DNA from: the human T2T-CHM13v2.0 reference genome, Homo sapiens
Length of the DNA stretch: 64,000 bases
Direction: 5' to 3' (one strand)
NCBI RefSeq assembly: GCF_009914755.1
Contig: NC_060929.1
The notes below the pieces were generated by a model that worked only from the letters and a program-made list of their open reading frames with translations, searched no databases and had not been told where the DNA came from. The position numbers and the translations under genes are program-made. This document shows, piece after piece, positions 1 to 16,506 of the stretch; positions within the stretch are counted from its first letter, which is position 1, and each line of letters opens with the position of its first letter.

Positions 1-604
1 CAGTTGAAAACTTCAATCATACCTTCACCCTCCACAAGTTTGGGCTTTCAAGTAATCGAGAATGGTCTACATTTCTATTAATCCAGTCTGCGAGGGGGGA
101 GACAGGATTAGATCAAAGAACACATGTCATTTTACCTATCTTGGCTTCAAAACTGTCTTCCCAAGCTCTTTGGCTGAGGCCAGTTGACCACTATTGATGC
201 CCTCACTGTGGCAGTAATTCAAGCACTTGCTTTCTCAATGGGTACTCATGCACAGTTCGCACTGTGTCTGCAGGATTTTACCACTGCACTTATTTTGACT
301 CTAGTTCAACTCTTTCATTCCCCCTCAGCTCTCACCAATGGCTGACTCTTAGTAGTTCTTGCCACTGTAATTCCCTTAGACTCTTGGAATGGGATGGAGA
401 ATGTTGAGGAGACAGTGCCACACAAACTTCTGTGACATTTTTTGATCAATGTTACCCCAAATTAATGCTGTTTGCAGCTCCCCTGGTGGGTAGCAATGTC
501 ACCCAAACATGCAAAGGCATGACCTATACAGTTGGGCAAATAAGAGAGAATTCTCTACTGTTCCATTTGCAAATGAAAACATCCCAAGGAAGACAAACTG
601 AAAA

Positions 605-790
605 TGTTTGGGCTTTGGAATCTGTCAGATCTGACCTTAAGGCCTGGTCCTTCAGTTTCCTACTTTGCGAATATGTGACCTTTGGTATATTGTACAGACC
701 CTCTGGCAATCAATTTCCTGAACTCTGGATATGTAACATGGAAATAAGGAGGCCATATAGTTGTTATAAAGATTCAATGATATGTGGTAT
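605..790 (+). mobile_element. MIR SINE, degraded
   Basis: GGCTTTGGAATC...TGTGACCTTTGG...GTTGTTATAAAGATTCAATGA resembles the MIR core and 3' end. Confidence 0.6.
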
Positions 791-870
791 TCCGATAAAT
801 GTCTGTAACTTCTTTATTCTTTCTCTTTATTCATTCTATAAAAAAGCATGGCCTGTGTCTTTCCTTTTTC

Positions 871-928
871 CCTCCCCTCCCCTCCCCTCCCCTCCCTTCC
901 CCTCCACTCCCCTCTCCTCTCCTCTCCT
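871..928. repeat. (CCCTC)n-like polypyrimidine simple repeat
   Basis: cctcccctcccctcccctcccctcccttcccctccactcccctctcctctcctctcc read directly. Confidence 0.95.
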
Positions 929-1872
929 TTTGCTGCTGAGAAGAAATGGAAAAGTATTTGGAAACAGGGATAAATGAATGACATGACTGGCCAGTGCCAG
1001 GAGGAGAGTGAGACTATCACTGTGCTAGGAGTCAATCACCACATTTGATGAACCCCAGACACAAAGCTTTCTATGCTTTGGCTAGAGTATGGAGTTTTTT
1101 ATGGCTTTCTCATTTTGATGGAGTATAACGATAAGAAAGGTGAACACGAAAGAAGGGGTCTATCCCTTTTAATCTGTAAGAATGTAACTTCAAGATCAAA
1201 GGAGAGAATGGTACAGACTAAAAATTTCTTTCAAATGAGAGGAGTATAAAATGCATATGAATAAATTCATAGATCATCATATAGAGTTTCCAAATAATTC
1301 TTGAAGCAGTTTGCAATTTCCCTGGTTATCTGCAATGATGTGGAATTCAAAATCCTATGTCCCTTACTTTAATATTTATAAGAAATATGTATGGAAGAAG
1401 CTTGAAAATACAGGCTGAGAATTGAATCACCAATATTTTCAGACACACATTAAGATTTGAATTAACTGCCTTCAAAATTTACTTGTGATAGAAAATTCTG
1501 AGCTGATAGGTATTTCTAAGTTGCTAAAATAACTGTACAGGCAATAAACTTTAGCATTGTTTCCCCTACAGGAAAAATATGCTGAACAGGTTTGATAAAA
1601 TTTTGTATTGAGAAATAGGGAAGCAGTGGGTCAGGTGGGGAGAAAAAGGGGAAAGGGATGCTGAAGGGAAGAGAGAATTAACACACAGCAGAAGCACTGA
1701 AGCTTTAACTTAAATACAAATGATTTTCAGACTGTGTTCTAGAATACAAGGGTGATAGTCATAATTGCCCAGCTGTTTGTTTGGAGAGTTCAGCAGCTGC
1801 ACATAAGTGACTACATAGATACAGGGTTTTTTGTCTTTTTTTCAATTCTGTGTCACTCTTGGTGGTGGGAGA

Positions 1873-2154
1873 TTTTTGTTTGTTTCTTTTTTTGAGATGG
1901 AGTCTCACTCTGTTGTGAGGATGTAGTGCAGTGCTGCGATCTCAGCTCACCGCAACCTCCGCCTCTCGGGTTCAAGTGATTCTCCTGCCCCAGCCTCCTG
2001 TGTAGCTGAGATCACAGAAGAGTGCCACCATGCCCAGCTAATGTTTGTATTTTTAGGAGAGGTAGGGTTTCACCAGGTTGGCCAGGATGGTCTCAGTCTC
2101 TTGACTTGGCCTCCCAAAGTGCTGGGATTACAGGCGTGAGCCACCGTGCCTGCC
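1873..2154 (-). mobile_element. AluS element with a short internal deletion in the left arm
   Basis: T-rich tail, then TGAGATGGAGTCTCACTCTG...CCTCCCAAAGTGCTGGGATTACAGGCGTGAGCCACC; TTGAC joins TTGGCC directly (GTGATCCGCCC segment missing). Confidence 0.95.
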
Positions 2155-3024
2155 CTGGGGGATATTATTTTATTCGTGAATGAAGGGAGAAAAAACAATG
2201 TTTTTCTCAGAGATTTAGACAAAGCAAAGAAGCAAGAGAATTCAACTCCATCTTATCATCATTTTGTTGAAATATTGATTCAAAAGGCAATTGATTATAC
2301 TTGCTTCATTAAGAACATTTAGAATATCCCAGAATATGATGTTTTTAGTTGCCTTGAGACATGTAGATTTGGAAAAAAATGTATTTATTTATGAGTACTT
2401 TTTCTTCCTGCAGTGAAATAATGAAATAATAAAAATGTAGTCAGATCTGTTTCTTTATTTAAGGCAATCAGTGCTTTATTTCCTATAACCCACAAAGTAT
2501 TAAAAATTAAGTTATGAATGGGGAGTTGCTTTAATTAAAAAGGAGAATTCAATAGAAATCGCAAAATAACCCTCTTCTCTGAATTTTGGAACTCCATGGC
2601 AAACACTTACTATTGGCTAAATGTTACATGAAAGTATAGTAATTAATGTAGAGGCCTGCTCTGTGGCAGATTTTAACATTTCAATTGCCTGAAGATTAGA
2701 AGCCTTTATGTTACCATCCAGTTACATTCTGATGTTCTTTCTCACTTGAAAGTTTCTGGATTTACTCCCTTACAATTAAAAAAAAAAAAAAAATCTTTGG
2801 TTAGAACCTGCAATCTAATTTTCTTTCTTTGAATAGCTTTCTATATGTAACTACTAATTTTATACCAACTTAGAATTATTTCTGTCTGTTCTTTTCTTTT
2901 CCTCAACTTGCATATAGCTTTGTTTTCACTGATTGTTGAAAGTTATTTTATTACTTAAAAAATAATTTTGGCTGCTTCCACTTTTTTTTCTATTAAAACT
3001 ATGAATATTTTGGCAAATAAACTA

Positions 3025-3235
3025 ATGGCAGATAACTGTTGAACCCTACTGTGTGTTGGGGATGTTGTTATGTGTTTTAGTTGGAATTATCCCCATTAAT
3101 TCTCCAACCAGCCTTGGTAGTTTTTATTATGATTTATCCCCATTTTAAAATGAGAAGATTGAGGAGTGGTGATGCTAATTTGAATAAGTCATAGAGTTGG
3201 AAGATTGCACAGGTAGGACTCAGATTCTTGTCTTC
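3025..3235 (-). mobile_element. MIR SINE
   Basis: ATCCCCATTTTAAAATGAGAAGATTGAGG is the reverse-strand MIR core. Confidence 0.7.
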
Positions 3236-3344
3236 CCTTCCCTTGGTCAATCTCTGATGTTGGTGTGCCCTATGAATAAGCTCTGTTCAACTTGCCCTGC
3301 TTTGTTGGTAATCATGCTCTTGTTTCTTGCTCTAAATAATTATG

Positions 3345-4090
3345 CGATTCTAAAATTCATTTCTCTAGACCTGACCTCTCCTGAAACTCTAACATAATAT
3401 ATGCATTTGCCTGGTTAGTATCCCTACTTGGATATGAAATAGACATGTCAAACATAACAGGTCAAAACAGAAGTACTGTTTACTAATAAATACCTCATAC
3501 CGCACAATGAGCTCTGGGTCTTTCCTGTGTAGTCAATATCACACTCTTCCTCCCACTTGCTCAAATAAAAATTATTGAGCTTTTAAAAAAATCATTTTTT
3601 AGTCTCATCCCCATATCTAATTAATTAGCAAGCACTATAAATTTTACTCATATATTATATGTAAATGCCCCTCACTTTTCTCCATACCTTGTGTTACTAC
3701 CCTAGTCCAAGATTTCACACAGTCTAGAGCAAGAGCCTTCAGAAAGGTTTCTCTTATCCTACTCCTGCCCCCATGTAACATAGTCTCAATGCAATAGCTG
3801 CAATGATGGTTCTAAAATGGAAATTATATTATTTTAAAAATCTCTACAGTGGAATCCCATTACATCTAGGATAAAATCAGAGTTTTTTATTTGTTAACTT
3901 CTTGTCTGAATTCCTTTTTATCATTCAGATCTTAGCTTAAATGACAGTTCTTCAGGGTCACTCTCCTTGATCATCCAGTGTAAAAGCAGTCACCCTGTTA
4001 CTTGCAGATCATTATATGCCCTGATGGCTTTTGTAAATACATTTGCTTATTTTTTTCTCTTTTCACTACAAAGAGGTTCCATGAGTCAAG
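3345..4090 (+). mobile_element. L2 LINE 3' region, degraded
   Basis: CCTACTTGGATATGAAATAGACATGTCAAACATAAC...ACTACCCTAGTCCAAG...TTCAGATCTTAGCTTAAATG are L2-like motifs. Confidence 0.7.
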
Positions 4091-4092
4091 CA

Positions 4093-5376
<1,284 letters not shown>

Positions 5377-5486
5377 AAAAGGAAACAAATAGAAAAACAG
5401 GCATTGGACTATACCATGTAATTCATAAAAGAAGAAATGTTAATGTTAATTAAATTCTGAAATGAGTACAGGTACAACCAAGATGG

Positions 5487-5937
5487 TGTCAGGGCTCAGA
5501 ACATGATAAGCAGAATATGGCTGATATGGTTTTGCTATGTCCCCACCCAAATCTCATCTTGAATTGTAGCTCCCATAATTCTCATTATTATGGGAAGGAC
5601 CCAGTAGGAAATAACTGAATCATGGGGGTGGTTTCCCCCATACTATTCTCATGGTAGTGAATAAGTCTCATAATATCTGATAGTTTTATAAAAGGAAACC
5701 CTTTTCACTTGATTCTCATTCTCTCTCTTGCCTGCTGCCATGTGAAACGTGCCTTTCGCCTTCCGCCATGATTATGAGGCCTTCCCAGACACATAGAACT
5801 GTGAGTCCATTAAACCTCTTTTTCCTCATAAATTACCTAGTCTCAGATCTGTCTTATCAGCAGTGTGAAAGCAAACTAATACAATGGTTCATTAGCATGC
5901 TGAGTAACTTGAACTGAAGAACATTGGAAGGGCCTCA
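5487..5937 (+). mobile_element. 5' end of the same MER39/MER34-like LTR, inverted, interrupted by THE1
   Basis: TGTCAGGGCTCAGAACATGATAAGCAGAATATGG[THE1]...GCATGCTGAGTAACTTGAACTGAAGAACATTGGAAGGGCCTCA. Confidence 0.75.
5522..5883 (+). mobile_element. THE1 (THE1C-like) solo LTR
   Basis: TGATATGGTTTTGCTATGTCCCCACCCAAATCTCATCTTGAATTGTAGC...AAACTAATACA; target-site duplication (TSD) ATGGC/ATGGT. Confidence 0.92.
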
Positions 5938-7060
5938 CTATTAATATGTGAAAGCCCTTGCTATGTCATTTGTATTTCAAATAGTTTTAGCCATTTAAAA
6001 TTTATATTTTATCTTTATTTATGGTGTAGAGAAGTTTTAATTTTTATCTGGTGACATTTATAGCTTTCTTTAGTTTATTTCTTTAGTGTTAGGCCAAGAA
6101 AGATTTTCTTTTCCCGAGATTTTAAACATATCAATCAGTTTTGTGTGTTTGTTTGAGACAGGGTCTCGCTCTGACACCCAGGCTGGAGTGCAGTGACTTG
6201 ATCTTGGTTAACTGCAGCCTCCGCCTCCCAGACCCAAGCGATTCTCCTGCCTCAGTCTCCCAAGTAGCTGGGATTACAGGCACCTGTTGTCACTCCCAGT
6301 TAATTTTTGTAAATTTTAGTAGAGATGGGGTTTCATCATATTGGCCAGGCTGGTCTTGAACTCCTGACCTCAGGTGATCCACCTGCCTCCCAAAGTGCTG
6401 GGGTTGCAGTTGGGAGCCACTGTGCCCAGTCATATTAGCCAGTATTTTGAATTTTTTTCTTTCATAGTTTTAGATTTTATGTTTTAAATTTTGATTTGCC
6501 TGAAATTTATTTCGGTATAAGAAATGTTAGAAAACTGGCTGCTGTTGCTTTCTTACATTTTTTTAAAATACAGTTAGTCAGTTTTCCTGGTATCACTATT
6601 CTTCCTACTATGCCTTATTGGCTAATTAAGTTTTCTCTCAATGGTTTTCACATTCTGTATTCCCATACACACTTGGGTGGATTAGTAGATTCTCTATTCC
6701 AGCATGTTCCAAGTAGTGTTCTTGGGAAGATAATTTTAGAAATTATCTTCAGAAAAAAATGAATGATTATGTAAGTATGGAAAATTTGGGACTCCATAAA
6801 TGGATTTCTAGAGTAATACTTTTCAGACTCTTTAATATACTAAAATGGGTTGTAAATCTCCAGGAGATGGATTAGAAAGTCATATTTTTGATGAGTATTT
6901 GCCCATGTGTTTTTCCTGGGGTGGGGGAGGGAAGGCATTTCAATTGCACATAATGTGGGAAACCTGATCTAGTCTCTTTAATTCATCTGTCTATGTTTAG
7001 GCCAGTGCCACAATCTTTTAATTCATGTATCTTTATAATACATTTAACACATTTTATCAT
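5938..7060 (-). mobile_element. Old L1M fragment interrupted by an Alu
   Basis: T-rich antisense L1 ORF2-like text, e.g. GTCATTTGTATTTCAAATAGTTTT and TCTATGTTTAGGCCAGTGCCACA. Confidence 0.6.
6140..6430 (-). mobile_element. AluS (Sx/Sz-like), full length
   Basis: Both arms present; TSD ATATCAATCAGT (6128-6139) / ATATTAGCCAGT (6432-6443). Confidence 0.95.
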
Positions 7061-7169
7061 TTGATGAGGGATGTTCTCTCTTATTAGTGTCTTTTTCTCA
7101 GATTAGGAGAGATTTCTTAAATAATAGTTCTCACATCTCTTACAAAATAGGAAAAACATGCCACGAAAA

Positions 7170-7303
7170 TTTTAGTAATGTTGTGGTGGTACCTTGAATT
7201 CATCCATGGTGGGAATTTGTACACTGTGGAAATTGACAAATGCTGCAAGTCAGGACACTTCTGTTGCTACTGTTGTTTTCAGAGAGTCTATATCAGCATG
7301 CCA
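7170..7303 (-). mobile_element. MER63-like hAT-Blackjack DNA transposon fragment
   Basis: CCATGGTGGGAATTTGTACACTGTGGAAATTGACAAATGCTGCAAGTCAGG matches my recall of the MER63A core. Confidence 0.7.
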
Positions 7304-9939
7304 TATCTTTATTCCATACCAATTTCAAAAAAAGTTGGAAAAATGACATGATTTTAGTAAATGTGAAATCACGGTGTTAATTAATAACCTTACCCAAATG
7401 AAGGCATTACATTTAACTTGATGATTATCCCCGAATATTCCTTTAAAGTTTGAGACTAAAAACTATAGATTTCTAAAAGGAGCAAGTTTTAGAGTACACA
7501 ACTGTCAACTGTTCATCTTCAGCTAATTTTGGAAATATTTTAAGTATTTTCATAGAACAGGTATTTTATATACATTTGTTTTGATATTCAAATTAAAATG
7601 GGTATTTTATACAGTATACTTCCTGAAATTTTCCTTAATTGTTGTGATTTAGGCATTGAAAACTAATTAGGATAGTAAATCTGAAGCTTAGAAAGATCGC
7701 ACAGTTCCTCCCACACCATAATTTAAGCCAATGTAGCTTAAATTTTCACTCTAGGTAACTATAGATTACATAATGTCAAGCTTTTTTCACCCAAAAATCT
7801 TTGAGTTATATTCTCAGCTACTTTCTGACTCTGACTACTCTACATACATTAACAGAAAATCAAGGGACAGCTCTGGTCAGACTTACAAATGCTTTCTGGT
7901 ATAGTGGAAGGGAACACTGAATTCAGAGTCACAAAAGATGAATTCTAGTTCTTACTATGGCTTTCATAAGAGGGTAACAATGAAAAGAAACAATGAGGGA
8001 AATTTTATCTCCATTTCAAATAGGGTATTGTCTCTAGCAATATTATTTTCCTTTCCTTTTCTTCTCATTTCCCCTTCAAACCATTGGTATGTCACTTCTC
8101 ACAATTCTAGCACTACACCTTACATGGAATGAGTGTTAGAAGGGCTCTGCTTATTTAGAAAGAATTAGTAATATATTTGACGAACACAAAAGAAAATCAG
8201 AAAAAAATATTTGGCAAGAGATCCTTACAGTAAAAATCTGGAGGTCACTAAGAATCATTTAGTTCTACAGTCGGGTCACCATACTGATTGTATTATCAAT
8301 TTGAGGATAATAAAATTGCTTCCAGAAAGTTCTTTCTTGAGATGTTGGTTTGAGGTTTGCTCTAACTTTACTTATATAGTACCTAAAATTACTTTTAATT
8401 TTGTTCAATCTCATTTCCTATAATGGGGAAGTTGACATCGATTGCATGACAATTCTATTTAAATATGCTTGATATAAAAATATTTTCAATGTGTAGAGAT
8501 GAGAACTTTAGCCTGATTAGGTTACCTGCTTAAGAAAAGTCCCTTTCATTGCTTTCTAGCAGCATTTGATGAGTTAAATTAAAAAGCTTTTTCAAAGTTT
8601 TACCTTTTTCTAACATCATGAGACTGCTAACTTTTCCTACTAGAGTAAAAATCCTTAACCATACTTAATAAAAGTCAGGCTTCTTTGTCTTCTTTAGATT
8701 AAGTTTTTGTCGATAATTGTTTTTTTTTTAGAACTTGAACTTTAGCCAGATGAATGTTTTGGTACAAACAGAAGACATTAGTCAAGGGACCACTAGACTA
8801 ATGAAAGAGAAAGAGAACCAAGAAAGGCCAATTGAAAAGTGGATAGATTTCTATACTCAGCAAAAATGCAAATGCTAATGATATTGACAAATCTCTAATT
8901 AACAGGTGACAGAGTTCACTATATAATCTTCATCCACTTACTTTAATGAAATACCGCAATATTCTTAATATTAAACAAAAGTAAAATTTACTTTGATCTG
9001 GGCAATGGATAAAGAGCCAGGTTTTGAATTAAAATATGGACTTTGTAAAAATCAAACTCAGTTTAGGTCATATGCTTAGAAATAAATCTTTGGTTTCATA
9101 AAATTCAGCCCATTTAAGCTAATTTAATTTGACACCGAAAGTCAGTATTGAATTTTAATTTGATACTTAGAGTCAATGTTAAAATAATATGAAAAATCCA
9201 ATTATCCCTTTACTTCAGTAGCACCGTTAGAATACTCAGAGCACATCCTACCAGGAAGCAGGAAGTAGTGGAAATCCAACAGAAGAGCTGGTTTCTTTTA
9301 GACTGCAGGTCAAGGAAGTTTTAATGTTGTTGTTTTTATTTTGATATAAATATAGAATTTTAACCTATCATCTAATTTGCTTATCAGAAAGACACAATTT
9401 AAGCACAATATTAATGCCTTTCTCTTTTTTGTTAAATAAGTTGCCAAAAAGGGAATTGTTTTAATGGGTAAAATGCTATAACTTTACTTCACATATTTTC
9501 CATATCTACTGATCCATTGGTTAAATTCTTATCTCACCCACTCTGTATTCATTACCAGATAAGAGCCTTTCTTCTGCTGCTATAATTTATTGACAGCATC
9601 TTGACAACTTCTTTCTGCTTCTCTGTGTCCTATCCATTTTTCAGGGGTTTGCTCAGTGACTTTTCATGGCCATTGCAACCCATGTTGCAGTTTCCCACCT
9701 CTCAATATTTTTAGGAGGTGGAGTCTATATCAGTCATCTTAGTAAGAAAAAATCATGAGGTTTACAGTATTCTTAAAATGTTTTAAAGTTTATAACTCCT
9801 GTGTCTTTAAAATACAGGGTTCCAAATATATTTGAAACAAATTCCAGAATTGCAACATGTACATTCGTAGCAAATTTTTTAAGTTGTTTTGCTTTTTTCA
9901 TTATAACATATTCCTTTAAATACAGTAATTTGTTACTTC

Positions 9940-10165
9940 ATGTTTGTCATTTAACATATATTTACGAGTTATATATCTTATATATCAGGCACTATAGTAG
10001 TGCTGGAAATATAATAGTAAATAGACTTGTATATTCTTGTGTATGTATAGAGACAAATAGGTAAACAAACAAATGAGCTAAATAATTATAGCTTATTATG
10101 ACAAGGCTGTGAAGGGAAGGAAATAGGCAAAGTAATAGACTATAGGCAGACAGGGGACTATTTTT
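9940..10165 (-). mobile_element. L2 3' end
   Basis: CATTTAACATATATTTACGAG...CAGGCACTATAGTAGTGCTGGAAATATAATAGTAAA. Confidence 0.7.
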
Positions 10166-10419
10166 CTTTCTCTCAGTTTTACAGATAAGTACAGTGAGTT
10201 AACCACTTGTTGACAGCCTCTGGCCAGCTGTAGCTAGCCCAGGACTGTTGGAGTCGATAGCCCTATATGTCCCTCTGCTACATGCTGCCAATAAAGAAAA
10301 TTCCATGAAAAGTTATTCTGATGGGATCCAAATTTTTATCTGGGGAATTTGGCTAAAACATCTTATAAAACCTTTAAGTTATTATTTAGAAAAGTCATCA
10401 TCTGTGTTGTCTTGGAGAG

Positions 10420-11965
<1,546 letters not shown>

Positions 11966-12049
11966 AAAATAGCCACAATCTTATAATTTTCCTTGATAAT
12001 TGCATTTTTTCATATCACGCAGGTTTTTGTGGTATTTATCACTTACGTA

Positions 12050-12122
12050 TTTTTCTTTCTTTCCTTTCTCTCTCTCTCTTTCTTTCTTTCTTTTTCTCTC
12101 TCTCTCTCTTTCTTTTTCTTTC

Positions 12123-12153
<31 letters not shown>

Positions 12154-12445
12154 TTTTTTAGATAGGATCTTACTTTGTCACCCAGGCTGGAGGGAGTACA
12201 GTGGCTTGGATACAGCTCACTGCAGCCTTGAACTCCTGGGCTCAGGCAGTCTTCCCACCTTAGCCCCTGAAGTTGCTGGGACTACAGGTGTGTGCCACCA
12301 TGCCCAGCTAAATTTTTTCATGTGTTTTGTAGAGACGGAGTTTCATGATGTTGCCCAGGCTGGTCTTGAACTCCTGAGCTCAAGTAATCTGCGCACGTTG
12401 GCCCCTTAAAGTGCAGATTGCATGTGTGAGCTACTATGCCTGGCC
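12050..12445 (-). mobile_element. AluJ with a tail expanded into a CT/TTTC microsatellite plus poly(T)
   Basis: CACTGCAGCCTTGAACTCCTGGGCTCA (J diagnostic); TSD TATCACTTA on both sides. Confidence 0.93.
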
Positions 12446-12877
12446 TATCACTTAGTTTTTATAGTTATAAATTCTACTTTTTTTCTCATTTCATTATGTA
12501 CTAAAATGGCATTATAAATGGAACATTTTACTCAAAGTTAAAGCATATATATTTGTATACTCATTTATTCACACTGACTTTTTTAGATTAAAAAAAAATG
12601 TCAAATGGAATCTCTTTGGAAACAACTGAGACTATCGTAGACCAGGGTGCCATAACACATAGTTGCAAGACAACTGTAAAAGTTAATGGTGAATATGATT
12701 ATTTTCCCTGCAGAAGGAAGAAGAAACTTTATGAAAATCTTTCTTGCCTGTCCTCCTGGGCAAAGCTGGCAATCCAGAGGTTTTAGCTGCATAGATAATA
12801 CTCTGGGTAACAGCCACAGCTGGTGTTGAGGCAGGGATAGGAGGCAGTAGAATCAATTCCTCTGAATTTGCCATGCT

Positions 12878-13243
<366 letters not shown>

Positions 13244-13252
13244 TCAAATATA

Positions 13253-13552
13253 GGCCACGCGCAGTGGCTCATGCCTGTAATCCCAGCACTTTGGGAGGTT
13301 GAGATGGGTGGATCACTTAAAGTCAGGAGTTTAAGACCAGCCTGGGCAATATGGTGAAACCCCTTCTGTACTAAAAAATACAAAAATTAGCTGGGCGTGG
13401 GTGTACACACTTGTAGTCCCAGCCACTCGGTAGGCTGAGGCAGGAGAATCACTTCAACCTGAGGGGAAGAGGCTGCAGTGAGCGGGGATCATGCCACTGC
13501 ACCCCAGCCTGGGTGACAGAGCGAGACTTGGTCTCAGTAAATAAACAAATAA
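13253..13552 (+). mobile_element. Alu (Sz/Jb-like)
   Basis: GGCCACGCGCAGTGGCTCATG...; TSD AAATATTCAAATATAG / AAATACTCAAACATAG. Confidence 0.96.
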
Positions 13553-14786
13553 ATACTCAAACATAGGGATCTTCCTGTTCATAGCATCCTGTTTCTTCTC
13601 AGCTCTGCCTCCTAGCAGTACATCCAGGCACTAAGCTATGCCATAACAGATATGAACTATTAAAGTGAGTAAACTGTCTACTTTATTTTCCAAGATGAGC
13701 ATGGTTTCACGTTATACTGTCTCAAAACTCCTAGATGCTAATATTATCAAGTGATTCAGACAAGAAGCAGAACGCTGAAAATGTAGAACAAAAGGCAGAT
13801 CTTGATAACAGAATGAGAGGCCATTCCTTTACCATTTCTGTCTAATATGTCACAAAGATTACTTCACTGAATAAAATTTACCTCTTTTAAAAGACACTAC
13901 CAAGCATGTTGATACAAGGCAATGTGAATAAATAAATTAGACCAGAAGTGTATACTTTATCTTTTGAGTCATTACAAGTTCAAAATGTTAAGTGCAAAAC
14001 AGGAAGTCATAAATGCCTGTCAATCAAGTGGCCTAGTTATTGACAACCATTTTTTTAGAATCCTTTGAACTCTATTTATAGCTAAAGAGCTACAGATGTG
14101 TTTCTGTGACTCATTCTCATTTGTAACACAAAGTACAAGGTGAAGACTGGACTTTCTTGTATAAAATTCTAAAGAACCTGAGGTGACCCTAAGTTATCTT
14201 TGAAGTCGTACAATTACATGAGAACATTACTGAACTGTATATGGGGCAATTTTAGATTTCACATAACATTGGACTTTTAATATTATTTGAGATATAAGAT
14301 TTTTCCATCTCTAGTGAAGAGCTGGCCAGTAAATGATATGATCAAAAATCATTCGCACAAGGCTTTAGGTCATAAGGCTACCTTTGTAGCATAACCCATT
14401 TCATTTGAAAATGGTGGTCTGGCAGAATCATTCTGTGCTGAGAGGAACTAAAGGTTCCATGTCTTAGCCTACCCAATTTCAGTTTGGAGCAAGCGATTTT
14501 TGCTCCTAAGAGTGAATAAGAAAGCAAGATACCTTCAGGTTGGGATGCTACAGAGATTCAAGTGTCTGATTTGTTAATCTAAGTCATCTGAGAAGTTATA
14601 CGAGCTTAGCATACTCACATATAGCTTCAGGCTGAAAAGGAAGATTCACTGGGGAGTTAATGAATTAAATCCAGTAATGAACTGAGGTGGGATCATGGGA
14701 GTCAAAGTAGGAGAAGCCAAGGGCAAGGAAGAGAGAGGCAAAATTTGACACCAGAGTTCAGGACTAGACAAGTCAAGTAGAAGCGG

Positions 14787-14966
14787 CAGTTTTCAAACAT
14801 TGTTGTGCATGAGAGTCATCCAAAGAGAAAGTTAAACATATAGATGCCAAGACTCGTTCTGATCCACTAATTCTGAACCTCTGGAATGGGATGTGTTCTA
14901 GATACACGTGTCTTTTAAAACCTCTGGAGGTAATTCTCATGCACAGAAAAGTTTGTTAAAAACTGG
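14787..14966. mobile_element. MER5A-like hAT-Charlie element
   Basis: CAGTTTTCAAACATTGTTGTGCATGAGAGTCATC...GGTAATTCTCATGCACAGAAAAGTTTG...AACTG; internally palindromic ends. Confidence 0.7.
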
Positions 14967-16036
14967 ATTGGAACATCCAGAAGGATTGGAGTTCTCTGGT
15001 ATTTTAGATGAGAAAAGTATTCCTCTGAAGAAGTAAGCAGCGCATTTCATGAACATGTCCACAACCATCCGGATAATATTATAATATTTGGTCCCAAGGG
15101 TTGCTGGAAGCAGTGTGAATTAATACATTGTGGGCACCAGGCTACAAATAAGGGAAGTGTAGGAATCAATTAACTGTCATCCCTAGCCTTCAATTATTGT
15201 CTCACACCACTTCCAAGTTTCAAGGATAAGCTGAATTGGACTTCATTGGGTCAGAAAATTTGTTTTGAGTATTTCTTTTGCATTAACTGGTTTGTTTGTG
15301 ACCTCACGCAAGTTACTTAACCACTTGAGCATTATTTTCTTTTTTTGTTAATGGGGTAAAATTTTTTGCCTTCCTATTAGGTGGTAGAAATTACTTTAAA
15401 AATTTTAAACTTTACATGAATGGAAATTTACATGGATTAAAAACGTAAACACTAAGTATAGATGTGAAAAAGTAAAAATATAAATACATTTTATATAACT
15501 GAACATGGCTTTGATGACTTAAGTCTTCATGGAATAAATAACTTCTTTCTTGTATTCCAGAATATTCAGTCTGATCTAAGTCTTTTCTACTCAGATTTAT
15601 ATATAAGTTTGTTTTTTTAAATTTCAGGCACTGTGTAGATTAAAATGTAGTCACTTTTCGGCAAATTCTCAACTGTTGGAGTTTCTTCTCCATCTCTTTT
15701 CTGCAGCTTTTTTGCAGGGAATGGGGGAAAAGTCTTGAACAAGAGATGCTTCTGGAGTAATGCAGGCCATTGGTTAGGGGCTTTTCCCCTTTGAGTTATA
15801 CTTCAGACCACTGCTAAAATCTGCCACAGTTGGTAGATTTCTGTATCTGCTGGTGTGGACAGGTTGCTGTATCTGTTGGTATGTGGCTAGTCTTACCTGT
15901 CATTTGGGGTATTATGCTGGCATGTGGCACCGTCATGATGCAGGGGCAAATTCTATGAGGTTTCAGGCCCTCTCTCAGTCTTCAATACTTGACTGTGCTC
16001 ATTCCTTGTTAGAGGAGTTATACACTAAGTATGAAG

Positions 16037-16506
16037 TGCTTTAGGTCAAGGTCTCCCAGAAACAGACCTTGATGCAGGGATTTGAATGTATGTAAATTGT
16101 AAGTAAGTACTCCCAAAAGAAAATGATGAAGAAGCAGGGGAAGCAGGGTATGGATCAGGAAAACCCACCAAGTGCCCAGGGTCAGGTAAAGTTCTAGTCT
16201 CAGCTAGATTCTGCAGGAGTTCTGGAATGTAAATTATACTTTAGAGTTTGCATTTCGAACTAAGGAAGGTGGGCCTTTTTACTCCCACATCAGTTACTCA
16301 TTGGTTAAGAGGCAGGGGTGGGAAGTGGGTGGTGGTCATAAATTACTTGGCATTTCTAACAAGGTTGCTCCTGTAACTCAAAGCCAATCTTCTGTAAAAT
16401 GTCAAAGATGCAAGTCTTTAGCAGAATAGCAGAAGCTGAGGGACAGATACACAGAGATGCTAGGATCTCAGGGTATTTGGGCAGGAGCCCAGAAACATCT
16501 GCTTCA
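16037..16506 (-). mobile_element. ERVL 3' LTR (LTR33/LTR41/LTR16-family-like)
   Basis: TG...CA ends; TGCTTTAGGTCAAGGTCTCCCAGAAACAGACC; purine-rich PPT-like sequence adjoins it on the minus strand; homologous to 21288-21725. Confidence 0.75.

Noticed and set aside
432-977. Longest ORF (181 aa)
   Set aside because: Starts at GTG, crosses a MIR and the CCCTC repeat (source of the Pro/Ser run), and has no recognisable domain
12598-12786. ATG-initiated 62-aa ORF (MSNGISLETTETIVDQ...) near acceptor-like sites
   Set aside because: No recognisable homology and no convincing exon with both splice sites; length is compatible with chance
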